A stretch of DNA of 64,000 nt, from the NCBI GenBank assembly GCA_030141605.1, contig JAQGDQ010000415.1, forward strand, positions 1-64,000. Direction: 5' to 3'. Source of the DNA: Tubiluchus corallicola (taxonomy: Eukaryota; Animalia; Priapulida). The notes under the pieces are model-generated. The model ran no database searches and was not told the DNA's origin. It saw nothing but the letters and a program-made list of their open reading frames with translations. The position numbers and the translations under genes were made by a program. Below, one piece after another: positions 10,163-58,339 of this stretch (position 1 is its first letter; each line of letters begins with the position of its first letter).

Positions 10163-10825
10163 ACTTATTCCACCCTCAACTGTTTCACTGTGTTTTTTCT
10201 TCGTTAATATTGTTTTTATTAACAAATCACTTTAACAAGCTCTGCTTAAAGAATGATTTGCGACACAGTGGTACTTTGTGAATAACATTTCAAATTATTA
10301 TTAACAAGTCAATAGATAAAATTTTCAGCCTCTAGCGATAATCTCTTTCATACGTTACGTAACTGTCTCCATTGGTGTAGTGCCATAATTATGTAATATG
10401 TGTTGCGTCGAAGTAAAAAAATAAACGTAAACTTGAACGAGTTTATAAAACAATTCAAATTTTGACAAATTATTTAGAGCTTTTTATAGAGCAATTCCGG
10501 AAATGTGAGATTAATTATCTAATCGAAAGCATCAGCATTAAGTCATGTCAAATCAACTGAAAAAGCCCTATCTGTACTCAGTTTGAGTAGTTATTTGCAA
10601 GATTTAAGCAGTTGCCCGGCTTACTCAGTTTGCAAGCTGTTTCTACTGAATTGAGTAGTTTACTCATCCAGTGAGTAACCAATGTGCATACTCACAGGAT
10701 GATCCTTTGAGTAGCTAGTCTTTACAATAACCTGGTAAGATAAAAGCAATAATCACTGACCTTTAAATCTTCTTTTGAAGGTTAAAGTAATTAGCGCGCA
10801 AACTGTGCGGAAAATAAACCAAACT

Positions 10826-10883
10826 CAGACTCTCTCTCTCTCTTTCAAACTCAGACTCTCTCTCTCTCTCTCTCAAACTCAGA

Positions 10884-10914
<31 letters not shown>

Positions 10915-11064
10915 TCGCTTTCCTCCTCTCTCCCTCCATCTCCCTTACCCCCTCTCCCTTTCACCCCCCCTCTCTTTCCCACACTGTCTCTATCTTTCTC
11001 TCTCTCCGTCTTTCTCTGTCTCTGTTTGTCTCTCTTTCCCTCTCCCTCCTCTCTCTCCCTTTCC

Positions 11065-11096
<32 letters not shown>

Positions 11097-11106
11097 TTCT
11101 CTCTCC
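10826..11106. repeat. (CT)n pyrimidine-rich microsatellite
   Basis: Directly visible. Confidence 0.95.
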
Positions 11107-11464
11107 CAAAAATGGTATCAAAAACAGGTTATTAATTTTAAGATTTTATTAAACAAACAATTATGTATTACAGGATTCTCGAATTTTAATGACGGAATAA
11201 TTATATTCGTGCACTTCGCGACATCAAAAGAGCTTATAAATCATAAATACAACATGGCAAACTTAATTTACACAAAAATTAGGAACTGAAACACTTTATA
11301 CTTAACAAAAAAATCAAAACATTCAACTAAAATTTTGAATCTCCACAACGTTTGTGAGAGCTTTTTACTTCAAACCCTTAACGAACAAGTCAAAGAACAT
11401 TTCATTACCAGTATAATTAACCTACACTCACTCACTGTGAACATTATACTGTACTTTCGTACTA

Positions 11465-12210
11465 CAGTAAATTCTGTCTGCGTAACTCAAAAGACCAAAA
11501 CTTAAATTTTCGCCTAACTCAAAGAATTTCAGCGGAACCTTTGGTTTTTCCCACAAAACCATCGCTTAACTCGAAATATATAATTCAAAATTTCGCCTAA
11601 TTCAGATAAAAAATTATGGTCCGTTTAATCAAAATACATGTAATTCACTTCGCCTAACTCAAAAATGCAATTTATACTCTAGAAAAAAGAAAGTTTCGCA
11701 CAAAATAGAATCAGTGCTGATGAAACTGGTACAGGACTTGCTGTAGATGAAGATAATTGAATGGAGAGAGTGTAAATAATTGAACTTCGCGCAAACTGAA
11801 CTGCAGTACGTAAGACATTGGTAGCCACACTGTCATATTGTTTAGCAATGTTGCGTACGTGTTCTTTTGTAACATAAAAAATCGTGTTTCACTACATAAT
11901 TTGTTATTCTTTATGTAATTGTCATCAAATACATAATTACTGCTCAAGTTACCGTATCAATTTCTTTTCTACTGGTCTGCCTAGTCATTACCTATTTGGC
12001 TTTTTGTAAATACATTATTTGTGCTTAATGTTCTGTATTGTATAGTAATGTTCTGTACAATTTTATGTATAGAAGGGTCGACTTTCTGCCTTCTATTTAG
12101 CTCACCGTCTGGGGGAGGGGTTTTGAGTTTCTATGCTGGAAAATGGTCAACATCGCCTAACTTAAAGTTTTTTCCGGTTCGGTTGGATTTGAGTTATGCA
12201 GAGTTTACTG
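11465..12210. mobile_element. Tc1/pogo-like MITE
   Basis: TA TSD; TIR CAGTAAA..CTGCRTAACTCAAA / TTTGAGTTATGCAGAGTTTACTG; internal TTCGCCTAACT repeats. Confidence 0.75.
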
Positions 12211-12589
12211 TATTACTGCTGTTATTGTTGTTATGCTAATGTTTCGCCGGTTTTAGTACTTTTAAGCATATAAGCTTGAAGTCTGCACCTGAAACGTCAA
12301 AGTTTATCATCTGAAAATTGACTGACCAACCTGACAGGTGTCTTACAAATGCCATTTCCAATTTTCTTATACATACTAAAACACTACACGCATTTTGCGC
12401 TATACATTAGCAAAAACACGTATACACACACGTATTTAACCAAACTTGGCTGTGGACATTATACACACACGTATTTAACCAAACTTGGCTGTGGACAATG
12501 TTTATCTCCAAAGCAGCATCAACATGCCTAAAAAGATCAATACCTGCCCATGTTTGCTGGGTTGTGGTTTATTACAAAAGGAAAAATTT

Positions 12590-13250
12590 ATAGTTAAAAA
12601 TCGTGTCAAATGTTTCAACAGAGCTACTGCTGTCATCATCAGTGGTAAATTTTTACAGACATACAACCAGTTATATTGGCAGAGCCTATTATGCACTAAT
12701 TAAGTAGTTTACAGAAGCAAAATAGGTAATGAATAAACAGACCAGTAAAGAAATTGATACAGTGACAAATAGCTAAGTGTTTGAAAATAAATTAAAGGAA
12801 TTGAACTGCTTTGCACATCAAGAGAAGGTTTATTACGGTACATAGATAAACTTTCTTTTATATCTTTTATACCCTAATAAGCTTCCTCTTAATCTGCAAA
12901 AGAGTTCAATTCCTTTAACTTTATTTTCAAACACTAACTATTTGTTACTGTATTAATTTCTTTTCTATTGGTCTGCTTAATCATTACCTATCTGGCTTTT
13001 ATAAATACATAATTAGTGTTTAAGTTACTGTATCAATTTCTTTACTGGTCTGTTTATTCATTGCCCATTTGGCTTCTGTTAAATACATAATTAGTGCATA
13101 ATGTTCTATACTGTACGCTCTGCCTATATAAACTGGTTGTACGTTTGTAAAAATTTACCACTGATGATGACAGCAGTAGCTCTGTCGAAAGCTTTGACAT
13201 GATTTTTTAACTATGTAAATTAAAAGTTTTAATAAAGTCGTGTTGTTTTA
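12590..13250. mobile_element. Inverted pair of Penelope-like terminal repeats carrying minimal hammerhead motifs
   Basis: Imperfect palindrome centred ~12855; CTGATGA-n-GACAG..CTGTY-GAAA at both outer ends; third copy at 52491-52665. Confidence 0.6.
13155..13200 (+). ncRNA. Minimal type I hammerhead ribozyme motif (PLE type)
   Basis: CTGATGA 13161-13167, stem II GACAG/CTGTC, GAAA 13187-13190, palindromic AAAGCTTT. Confidence 0.55.
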
Positions 13251-14017
13251 ACTATAACTGTTTTTAAGTGCCTGTAATAAAAAAATTGAGAAGTAAAATA
13301 TTTTAGCATCTTCAAAGTAAACAAAATCATATGAAATGAACACAATATTTATGGCTAACATACTTTTCACATGAATATTTACATATAACATATACATCCT
13401 TTCCATTTTATAATGCAACAATTTATTTTGAAATTCAACTTTAATCTTTCTTTAAAAAATGTTAAAAATAAAGTCATAAATGTTGTTAGTTTAAACGGAG
13501 CTGAATTTCTGTGTTTTGATCTTGTTTGACACTAAATTGTGGATTAACAGTTATAAGCCCTTCGGATGATGAGGCAAAAGAGCGATTACTAAACTCTTGT
13601 TAACTAATTCGCTAAATACTGTATTATTAAACGAATAGTATAATATTATATAAAACTAATTTTACACTGTTTAGTACTGTTGATGCAAATATTGTACAGT
13701 TTAACCAATTTATGACTCCAGTTGTGTGAAATGTAACACTCATTGGCAAAACAAATAATTTATATACATACACACACATATATATCTATAGCAGAAAACA
13801 TAATATATACCCCAACTCCTTAAGCATTTCATGGAATGGATCATTTTAAAACCCTGAGCCATGTTGTATGATGCCTAAATTTCAACTTAAAAAGATTGCG
13901 AATCGAATGTCAAAACTTCATTTAGTTTCAAATTGCAACAGAAAAAATGTAACAAGAAAGAAGATCCACTACTGAGTGGTTGATGAGTTCTTGGAATATT
14001 AGAAAAAACTAACTATC

Positions 14018-14373
14018 AATAAGGCTTTCAAAAGTTTCGTTGTGCGCACGTGCAGCTGCTATAGGTCAAAGATTCAGTGTGACGTGACATGTGTGTAAAG
14101 TAAGGCCAGCTGCCACATCAGTTCAGTAACTTCAGTTGTTTTGCGTGGACTTTACTTAATTATGCATTAGTCTGTACAGGGCCTTGCTTGGGAACAAGAA
14201 AAATGAACTAGGTAAGGTTCTATAGCAAGCATTTGTCCCTGTTTTTAATTACTATTACAATACCATGGGCAGCGAGGCATTGTCAAATGTACACAAATGA
14301 ATTGTCTGGAACACTTCACCTTTGCCCTTCTAAACGATCATCGTCAATCGCTGGAACTGTGAAAAGGCTTATT
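14018..14373 (-). mobile_element. MITE family E
   Basis: TIR AATAAGCCTTTTCACAGTT; related copies at 25812-26204, 30174-30567, 32510-32787, 51450-51797 and partial 14690-14813. Confidence 0.75.
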
Positions 14374-15242
14374 TTGGTATGAATGCAGAATATACTGCAT
14401 TTTCCTGCAATAGGGAAACAAGTATCTGTGTACAAATGACAGTATAAACCCACAATGAACTGATTGTAGTGCGAGTTCTCTATCTAACAATCGAAATGCT
14501 GAATTGCTTAGGAAGTTATAAGGAACGGACTTTGGATTGTTGTCATTCCTGGGGTACATGGTAATCTAGCACTCGTGCTTTGTGCGCAGAAGCTCACTGG
14601 TTCAAATTTGGGCTGTTCCAAATTTTTCACATTTTCCGTTTTTTAAGTTTCGTTTCAAAACAGACTTAATTCTGAGTTTTCTCTTAATTACTATTACATT
14701 AACACGGGCTGAGAGGCATTGTCAAGTGTGTACACAAATTCGTTGTCTGCTACACTTTACCTTTGACCTTCTCACGATCATCATCAATCGCTGGAACTGT
14801 GAAAAGGCTTATTTTGGTATTATTCTGAGTTTTTACTATCATTAACAATAGCGACCTTGCTATTAAGATTTATTAAGATTATAAATAAATGTATATACCC
14901 AAACATAAGTGTGTTATGGGTAGATTGTATTCTTACTGAAATACTCAGTATTCACAGCAAAAATGCACAAACATCAGCTGGCAAATATGTTTATAACAAC
15001 ATATGTGACATCAACAACAATTTTCATGACAATATGCATTACATACAAATAATGATATGAGAAAGTACGGCATGAAACCATTTATTACGAGAAAAATGAA
15101 AAAAAAAACACAAAAATATAACGTCTAATTCGATGCATCGATTGAAATATGTATACTCAAATGATCACAGTCAATAAACCATCTTAAATGTTGACTAGTC
15201 CTCCAAATTCAGCTCTTTCTGTCTCAAAGCACTTCAAAAGTT

Positions 15243-15798
15243 TTAAAGGAAAACCCAACGATTGTTTAGACTTAATCTCATTTTATTTTAATGTGCAAAT
15301 TATACATTTTCTTGACTACAAAAGTTAGCAATTGTTTCTAATATTTGAATAATTACTTTGGAAAGTTAATTAATGGCAATCGAACACAGCTATTGCTTAT
15401 GTTACAAATTAACCGCAGTTTGTGCAATGCTAGGCATCTTCCCTGAGCATCAAGCACATTTGCATAAGCGACAATTGGTACAAGACGTTGATGTGATGTC
15501 ACGAAAATGAGCTCTACGTCACATTGACGTCACAGACGAACACTGCAGTTCATGATCATGCTTATCACGGTACCGCCTTCTGTTTGTCGGCCAGGCGAAT
15601 GTGACAAAAAGGCGCCGTTGCCAATCTCAGTAGATTCACTGAGCCGCGAGTAGCTTTGAAAGTTTAACGAAATTTGAGTATCTGAAGTAATTATTACGTA
15701 ACCTAAGCTTTGATTTAAAAAAGCAGTTGTAGTTTTCAATATTTTACAGCATTATTTATTTTGAACTAATGTCACCACAATCGTCCGGTTTTCCTTTT
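15243..15798 (+). mobile_element. MITE family B, ~80 nt downstream of the KIAA0319L stop
   Basis: Similar to 9651-10162. Confidence 0.75.
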
Positions 15799-15880
15799 AT
15801 GTGTGCGGAATTTGCATTGCATATACCCACTTTAACTGATGGCAAATGTTTCAGGATGCGTGCGTGGTACAGCATCTCAA

Positions 15881-50423
<34,543 letters not shown>

Positions 50424-50563
50424 ATTTGCTTGAAAGGCTGTTAACTTTTCCTAGAGATTGTCCTTGTTGATTCAGATCTACCACATGTACAGCTTAGCAT
50501 TTGATAAGTCTTAGAGACTTTCCTGGATCCATTCCTTGAATTTATCTGAAAAAAATACAATTG

Positions 50564-51245
50564 TTGAAGGACAAGAAAAGGGGCTCCTGAAGTAGATTTC
50601 AGACAAATCGCCTTAAAGAATTACATTACTTTATAGCAATTTTATGCGTATGTCGTACTCGCATTGAAAGGATTTTTTGTTTTGTTTCCATTTTCAATCT
50701 CCCGCAGTACTGCTTCGACAGCGCCATTACCTGACGTCATATACGCACAATGTAAATCAGACGAAGAAAAAAATGTTAAACTATGTCCCAAAAAGCTTTC
50801 CAGGCAAAGTTATATTACTCAGTATTCCGCTTCCCTACTTGAAAGACTTGTGTAGCTAAAAAGAAAATTATTAATAATTTAAAATGTTTTCATCAATTAG
50901 TAAAATGTCGTTGACTCACCTCCATGGTGCACCACTCATTAACTAAAAACGTATTTTTAATCTTATTGACTAGATACAGTAACTTAAAATTTTACTTAGC
51001 TAATGATGTGTGCACTACAAATGCTCTGATTATTTTTTCAAACCTCACTCTAAACTTGTTTCAAATGAGTTATCGTGAAAATGGTTGCTTCTAACGGTCA
51101 TCGCTGGGAGTTTTAACTTACCTGTTTCATAAAGCGTTATTGCCAACGCAAGTCTAATATGCAAAAAGGCAGTACGTAAGTAGTGTAAAATTTCAAGATG
51201 AATTTGTTAAGCTTTATCTGAGTGGAGGGTTTTCTTGTGCTTTAA
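50564..51245 (+). mobile_element. MITE family C
   Basis: Similar to 28711-29387 along its full length. Confidence 0.75.
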
Positions 51246-52159
51246 GTCAACTGGCGATGCGACACAACTCAACTGGCTGGAAACAGCAGTAGATGTACAC
51301 CCAGGTTGAACAAGACTTCCCAGTCATAGTAACGTCATTCACGCCGACTACATTCATCAGCAACTATTGACTTTTTACTTGAAAATATGTTAGAGGCAAC
51401 ATAACGAGTAATTAACTCCTGTTACTTTTCTTTATTATGCTTATTATTAAAAGGTCAAAGGCTAAACGTGGCAGACAATGCATTTGTGTACACTTGACAA
51501 TACCTCGCAGTTCATGCCATTGTAATAGTAACAGTTTTATCAGCTAGCTAGAACTTTACCTAGTTCATTTTTTCTTCTTCCCAGGTCCTACCAGTAAATC
51601 ACTCTACGCACAGACTAATGCATAATTAAGTAAAGTACACATAAAACAACTAAAGTTACTGAACTGATGCGGCAGACAGTTTTACTTTACCCGCATGTCA
51701 CGTGGCGGTTGTAGTTAAGACACGTTGCTGTGGTACATTTAATCTGTGACCTACAGCAACTGTGTTTGCACATAGCGATACCGTGAAAAGATTTATTCTG
51801 CTGTAACAGTAGTGGAATTTTCACACTAAAGCTTTAGCTGCAGTTTTACATACTTTATTTCTTCTATTACAACATTTGTTAATGGAATTATGTGAATTAA
51901 CACAGCATTTCTAGCATTTTTCTGGCATGCGCCTTATTAGATACGTGGCGACGAAGTGCTGCCAAAAAGCACTGGAATCTGCTGTAAGTTCAATTGACAA
52001 GATGCTTTGTGCCATTTGCCCATTTAATCACATTTAAAAGGCTGTGTCACACCCACACGGTGCTTATTTGTTAAGTTGTTTAAACCAATCAATAAAACAA
52101 TCAAAAGTGAACAAAATAACATCATCTCGTACTTTATTATAAGTCAATTTTCATTACCT

Positions 52160-52491
52160 ATCTCAAACAAAGATCTATATGAAAAAATAAAAGAAAAACC
52201 TTGGACAAGAAATAAAAAGACACCGTTTAAGATGGGTTGGGCATATGCTTAGACTACCTGATGATATTCCAGTGAAGATAGCTCTTCAACAAGCCATAGA
52301 ACCAGTTAAAAACCTACAGGAGGACAAATGTTAACATATTTAGATTTTACACAGAAATGTTTAAACACTTCAGCATTGATCCTTAGAGATAAATGTACTT
52401 GGGGCATTGCGGCGAGCAGGGAGTCCTGGCATAGGGAGGTGAGCAGAATCATGTCATTGGACGTGTGATTCATTGGATGATGATGATGATG
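52160..52491 (+). mobile_element. RTE-clade LINE 3' fragment with (GAT)n tail
   Basis: Encodes ISNKDLYEK..RHRLRWVGHMLRLPDDIPVKIAL; short ACCTAT duplication at both ends. Confidence 0.75.
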
Positions 52492-52665
52492 ACCTATTTG
52501 GCTTCTGTTAACTACTTAATTAGTGCATAATAGCTCGGCTTATATACTGGTTGTAAGCTTGTAAATTTACCACTGATGAGGACAGCAGCAGTTTGTCGAA
52601 ATGTTTGGCATGATTTTAACTATGTAAAGTAAAAGTTTTAATAAAGTTGTGTTACTTTAACTATA
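52491..52665 (+). mobile_element. Penelope-like terminal repeat copy with hammerhead motif
   Basis: Similar to 13060-13255; CTGATGA 52573-52579, GAAA 52598-52601. Confidence 0.6.
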
Positions 52666-53463
52666 ATATATTATATATTCACCTCTCCCTTTTATCCCTA
52701 TAATGCAGAATTCGCTAATAAGAAAATACTGCAGGTCATCTTTTAGTAAAAGTTCTGGCACGTTCAAGGACATGCCTAATATAATTTTCGTAGTCCAGAG
52801 GGTTAACTGCACTTTTCGATAATGAGCATTCAAACGTTGCCTAGGGCACAAAAAAATCCTAACTGTTTCCACCCACCAAGTTCAAGCATTTGTCAAAAAA
52901 TAAGTATAAAAAATCAGCAATTTCAGCCTGAACAGCGGGCATCAATTAATGGGCTGGGAGTGAAAAATGTCACATAGATGGCAAAACAACAACATGACTT
53001 CAAAATCAACAAATCTTAAACATAAAAATTTTAACAAAGGTCCCTCTAAACTCAAAGTCCTCAGCAAACCTACTACCTATTGAGTACCAACTTTTCAATT
53101 AGTTTTCTATGATGTTGCAAAATGCCACGCACCATTTAAATATGTTAGACACACGAAAATTATGAAAATCAACCAGTCAGCAGCATTTGTATGCTTTCTT
53201 ATTTATATCATTAGATTCAATTGGCAGTAGTTACAAAATGGAGGTTGATTTCAAAACACATTGCAATCGTAATGGCTTCATATACTAAAGGAGAAAATCA
53301 ATTTATTTAAAATCAAAAAGGTGGGAACAATTTGAAAGAAGTACTACTTAATTTTGGCTGTTTTGTCTGCCATTAGAATGTGGCTTTCATAAAAAAATGA
53401 GAGGCGACTGGTCGCACTGAGTTCTTTTGTGAGCATTGAGTTGCACTTTAAGCTTGCACATTA

Positions 53464-53732
53464 GACCAGATGGTTTAGTCTAGTGGTAATGCGTCTGCTT
53501 ACCGTCTGGGAGGTCGTTAGTTCGAACCAGCGCCAGGTCATTCATACCAAAGACTTTAAAAATGGTACCTGCTTTGCCCTGCCTGACGCGTGGTATTTAG
53601 GGTAAAAGTGGAGTAATAATAGTCTCTGTTATGTAGTTGTAGGTTGTTATTTACAGTTGGCGATAATAGCTCTTTGAGCTAAAGTTAACTGTCGACCCAA
53701 AAGCCGACTTTAAATAAAGATTATTATTATTA
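53464..53732 (+). mobile_element. tRNA-derived SINE with Meta-domain-like core and (ATT)n tail
   Basis: A box TAGTCTAGTGG, B box GTTCGAACC, CATACCAAAGACTTTAAAAATGGTAC core, AATAAA-(ATT)n tail, TAAGCTTGC on both flanks; the Meta-domain assignment is from memory. Confidence 0.8.
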
Positions 53733-56700
53733 TAAGCTTGCTTATATCAACAGATAATACTTGGAACTAGTGGCATACTATCCTAGCCAGTTCCTGGGCT
53801 TTCATGTGTATCTTGTTGGAGGGTTAACTTAAACCTGGCTTAATGATGAAATGGCTTAGAGAGTTCAAGTTATTGAGTTAATGAAATTTTATATCACATT
53901 TGCTGAACCTAATGTTCACAGCATAAGTAAACATTACAACAACATAATTTCTATTTTTCAAATACACCCAAATAGCTATAATAATCAAGCTCTAAGTCTT
54001 CAAATACGGAAGTGTCATTGTCAGTGGAAGTGACACGATTCTTTATGACAAACAACTTGCTTTCTCCATAAAGGCAACTGGCAGCAGTACAAGTGATACC
54101 TAAAAGCAGTACACTGTATAGGCCAGTTACGGATCAAAGTGGCTACATAATATTATTCAGAGATGGTACAAAAGAGAATTTAAAAATTCAGCATGCGTTT
54201 CTAGCAACAGAAAAATAATTTGGCTGAACACTACATGCTGCATATGGTAATAGGATGGTAGAAAAGTAATTTGGCTGAACAATGTTGCTACGTTCTGCAC
54301 ACAGAACTAGGATGGCTGTGCATTTACAGCGGTACAAACCTTGACAACAAGCAGTGAAGTTGACAACACTTTTTATTCTTCATACCATTACAACTAGTGA
54401 AGTAGTTACATGTTACAGGTAACGTCCTGTTAATAACTTAGAATAGAATGGCACTGCATTGGCATGAAGGTGATAACTGATGAATAATGAAACCTGAGCA
54501 GGTTTTAAACTACTGATTCAGCTTTATTAAATAAGTTTAAAACCATTTTGAGTGGTTTGCTTGAATGCTGTCTAGATCAGACAACTTCCAACAAGTTTGT
54601 GTCAAAGAAATAAAATCTCTGCTTGATTCTCTCAAAACTATAACCACATTAATTAAGTTGTATGCTTATACAATGCTTGAATTTATTAAAAACTCAGCCA
54701 CGATGGCCATACAATACCGACAATTAAAAACACTTTTGTGCATTTTACCTTTCAGATTTTACTGCTCGGAAACTGACGAGAACGTACGGAAATCTTCTCG
54801 AGACTAGTGGCGAATAGTCCCTTTTTCTCAGAGACTATTCAGTCAAGCAGCAGCAATTTGGGATATTGGGAAATACCATTTTCGACATTATGAGTAAAAA
54901 AAGCATTAATAAAGCGAAAGTTTGAAATTTTGAAACAAAATAGCTTGCTGTGAAGATTACCAGCCTTCCTTGAAAATAGTGGAGCCACTGGTATAGTGGA
55001 GTCTAGTTTCTTGCTGGATTAATGTTTACCTGTCTTAAGGGCAGATTTCTTTTAAGTTAGAGTCCTGTCAGCACAAAGTCTATAACAGATGTAATGGGCA
55101 TATGATGATGATGATTACTTTGAGAGGCAAGTGCTCCCTCTCCCTGACATCCGCCTCGTATGCCTACGGGTGCAAGAAATCAATCACAAATTCCTCCTGG
55201 TAAATAGTTTATTTATTTTTACAGCTGCTTATTAGCAGCTTGACTTTAATGACTCTGCCTCGTTTTTCATATACCATTTTCTCATTCTCAAACTAGCCAA
55301 CATCATACAAGCACATACTAGTGCTGCTTTTTTGAAAGTATTCATTAACTTTGTTTCATTATACTTAGTAAAACATCACGAAGTTAATAATAATGATAAT
55401 GCTGATGATAATGATGATGACATCATAATAGTCGTTATTAAATTTTTATGTAACTAAAATAAAGCAGCAGTGAAATTTTATGACAGCTACAATTATGTAT
55501 ACAAAATTATGCAGTAAATATCTCGTAGTAGTTTTATAGTAATATTAGAAAGTTTTTATATGCATCAGTGTAACTCGCCACATTCAAAAAATTATTCGCT
55601 TAAAATTTGTATTGCATTATGTAATATATAGTGAGAGTATTTGAATGCCCATTTCGTGAAAAACGTTTGAAGGAATTATTGATAAAAGTATGACAAGCGG
55701 TTCATGTAATTAGAGAAATCATTTTAAAGTCACAGACATAAAATTTTCACAATCTAGCAATACCATTTTGAATGCTCATTCTTGCTCCAACAACATTATT
55801 CACTGGCGGAAGAAAAACAGCACCCTGAAAATTTCCGTAAACGTATAATAAATTTTCTCAGCAAATTACATAGGTAAATTTGTCATATTTTTGTTTGAAA
55901 ATTAGGTAAGGTGCAGAGTTTTTAATTAGTTCAGAAAGAACTAATTAGCAATTATAATTAATTTTGATCATGGAAAGACAGCACGCTCACAAAAAGTCAC
56001 AAAGCCCACCTATTATGTTGTAATTTTCAAGTAAAAGGCGGCCATCATCGCATCTGAAAATATCTGTACAATGGAGATATAAATTATTAGCTTCATGCCT
56101 TACAGGCAGCTTCTTTTGCAAATTTCTTTGTTATAATATTATTCTCCTAAGTTTAAATGCTAACTAACACACTTCGGACGTTTTTCGGGAATTTGAAGCA
56201 TAATGACTGTAATGGAGAAACCATAACCACCAACTTATTTGTGCTAGAGGTGTATATCAAGGGAGAAAACTGCCTCTAAAAGAAATCTCCGAACGCCTCC
56301 GTGTTTTATGTGACGTCACAATGTTAGCCAATGATTATTTTTCCACGCAAATATGGAAGTAGTGTTAATAAAGGCTGGCATCCATTGTGTTGACCTTCAG
56401 AAGGATCTACATCAATAAATTATAATAGTTAGTATCAATGAAACTCATTCATTTCTTCTTCTAGTCGAACTGCTCACTGTGAGATCCAACAGTGCGTACT
56501 GCGAGCGCGTAAGTCGTCATGTGCTCATTCTTGACCAATCAGAAGTGTACATGTACCAAAATGTCAGCACTCAGTAAAGTGGTACGTAAACAATAATAAT
56601 TACGTGAATTATTGACTCTGTTTATAAGTGTGAATTCACATTCGAGATTTTGAATATAATGGAATGTCAAGCCGTTATCAGCGAATACGTAAAAGACTCT

Positions 56701-56874
56701 TCTTGTGCAGCAGCAATGGATGCAGAGGTATAGTTATGTGATGACTTGGATATTATGTTTTTGCCTCAGTAGATATAGAGTATTTTGAAGTGATGAGTAT
56801 CCAGATGTTTCTAGAAGAGGATACATGATTTTAGTTAAAGGCTATTTGAACCATAAGACCCTCTGTGTTTCCAG

Positions 56875-58130
56875 ATTGTATTGACAGTTTAAGTCACACA
56901 CTACTATTAGATAATTTGAAAGAACTTGGATTTGAACAATCAGCATTAAATTAATTAATGATTACCTACAAAATAGAAAGCAGCGGGTTAAAATAAACTC
57001 TACAACATTCTCAGATTGGGCTAACCTTCAACGAGGTATCCCACAGGGCACACTGTTGGGACCTCTACTGTTTAACCTTTACATCAATAATATTTCTATT
57101 ATATGTTACGCAATATGCAGACGACACGACTATTTATCTGGCTCACAAGAATATCAGCATTGCAAAACAGTACTTAGAAAAAGACATAAAGAATATCAAC
57201 ATGGCATTTAATTATTATAAGCTAAAAATGAATAGTGACAACAGAATTTATGGTATTATCCACAACAATTAACAATACTGAAAATACAGCTGCTATATCC
57301 TTGCAAATAGAAAATACAGTTATCGTGCAGTCAAATGTTGTTAATTTCTTAGGCGTGAAGTTGAACAACATGCTTACATGGGAAGAGCAGTTCATCAACA
57401 TTTATAAAAAATGGCATTAAGTACTTCGTACCTTCGACAAATCAGAGGACAGCTATCAAAACAAACAAAAATTCTAATTTACAAAACTTTAATCTTGCCC
57501 CATTATTTATATGCCTGCATACTGTACCAAAATGTGAAAAGAGAGTCATACATCAAATTAAATGTATTTCAAAACTATGCTTTATGATTAGTTAATGGTC
57601 ATTCTTTGAAGTCATCTCACAATACAAGTATATATTCTGCCACCTCTTTAAGAAACTCCATGAAAATCCCCATATTAGAAGTCGACAGAGATTATCAAAC
57701 TCTCTTGTTTATCTACAATATTAATTCTCCTTTCAAAAACAGTAAGCCCCCACTTCTTGAAAACCCCAGTATGAATAACAGAAAACTAAATTTAAGAAAC
57801 ATTAGAACGAACAATCAATATGGAAAAAATTCCATTATTAAGCAAGCAATACAACTTTGGAATTCATTACCGACATCACTAAAACACAGCAGCTCTTTAT
57901 CAATATTCAAGCCTAAATTAAAAAAACATTTAATGACTCGTTTTGAATATCCGACATACGAACACGATTATACTTATTCAAATCATAATTTCATTTTTCC
58001 TAGACCTTTCTAAACTAGTTTATATTTTATTTTTGAATTTCTAGTTGCACTTATAGTTTAGCTTGCACCAGACACATTTGCCCAGAACAGTGTATGTTTT
58101 TATATGAACAAACACTGATTGTCTGTCTTT
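56875..58130 (+). mobile_element. Degenerate CR1/L2-group LINE reverse transcriptase 3' fragment
   Basis: DSLSHTLLL, YLQNRKQRVKIN, GIPQGTLLGPLLFNLYIN, QYADDTT, LWNSLP with frameshifts. Confidence 0.88.
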
Positions 58131-58339
58131 TATTATGATGGTCAATGTTTTTAAAATGGCAAATAATGATTTTACTACTACCACTAATACTACTAGATGT
58201 TTATAAAGGAGAATGTACTTCCACTAAGTGTAGAAAACTGGTTTATGTTGGCCCATTAAACTTAAACATTTCGAGAAGTCTTCCCCTACATCTTCTAGCA
58301 GAAGGCCGATACCAATCCAGTTTTTCCACTTCCTAAGAA

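Noticed and set aside
53464-53540. tRNA gene
   Set aside because: Cloverleaf does not close properly and the sequence runs into a SINE body and tail
54740-56200. Non-coding first exon of KIAA0319L (donor-like sites at ~54748 and ~56103 on the minus strand)
   Set aside because: Plausible but cannot be distinguished from chance without transcript data
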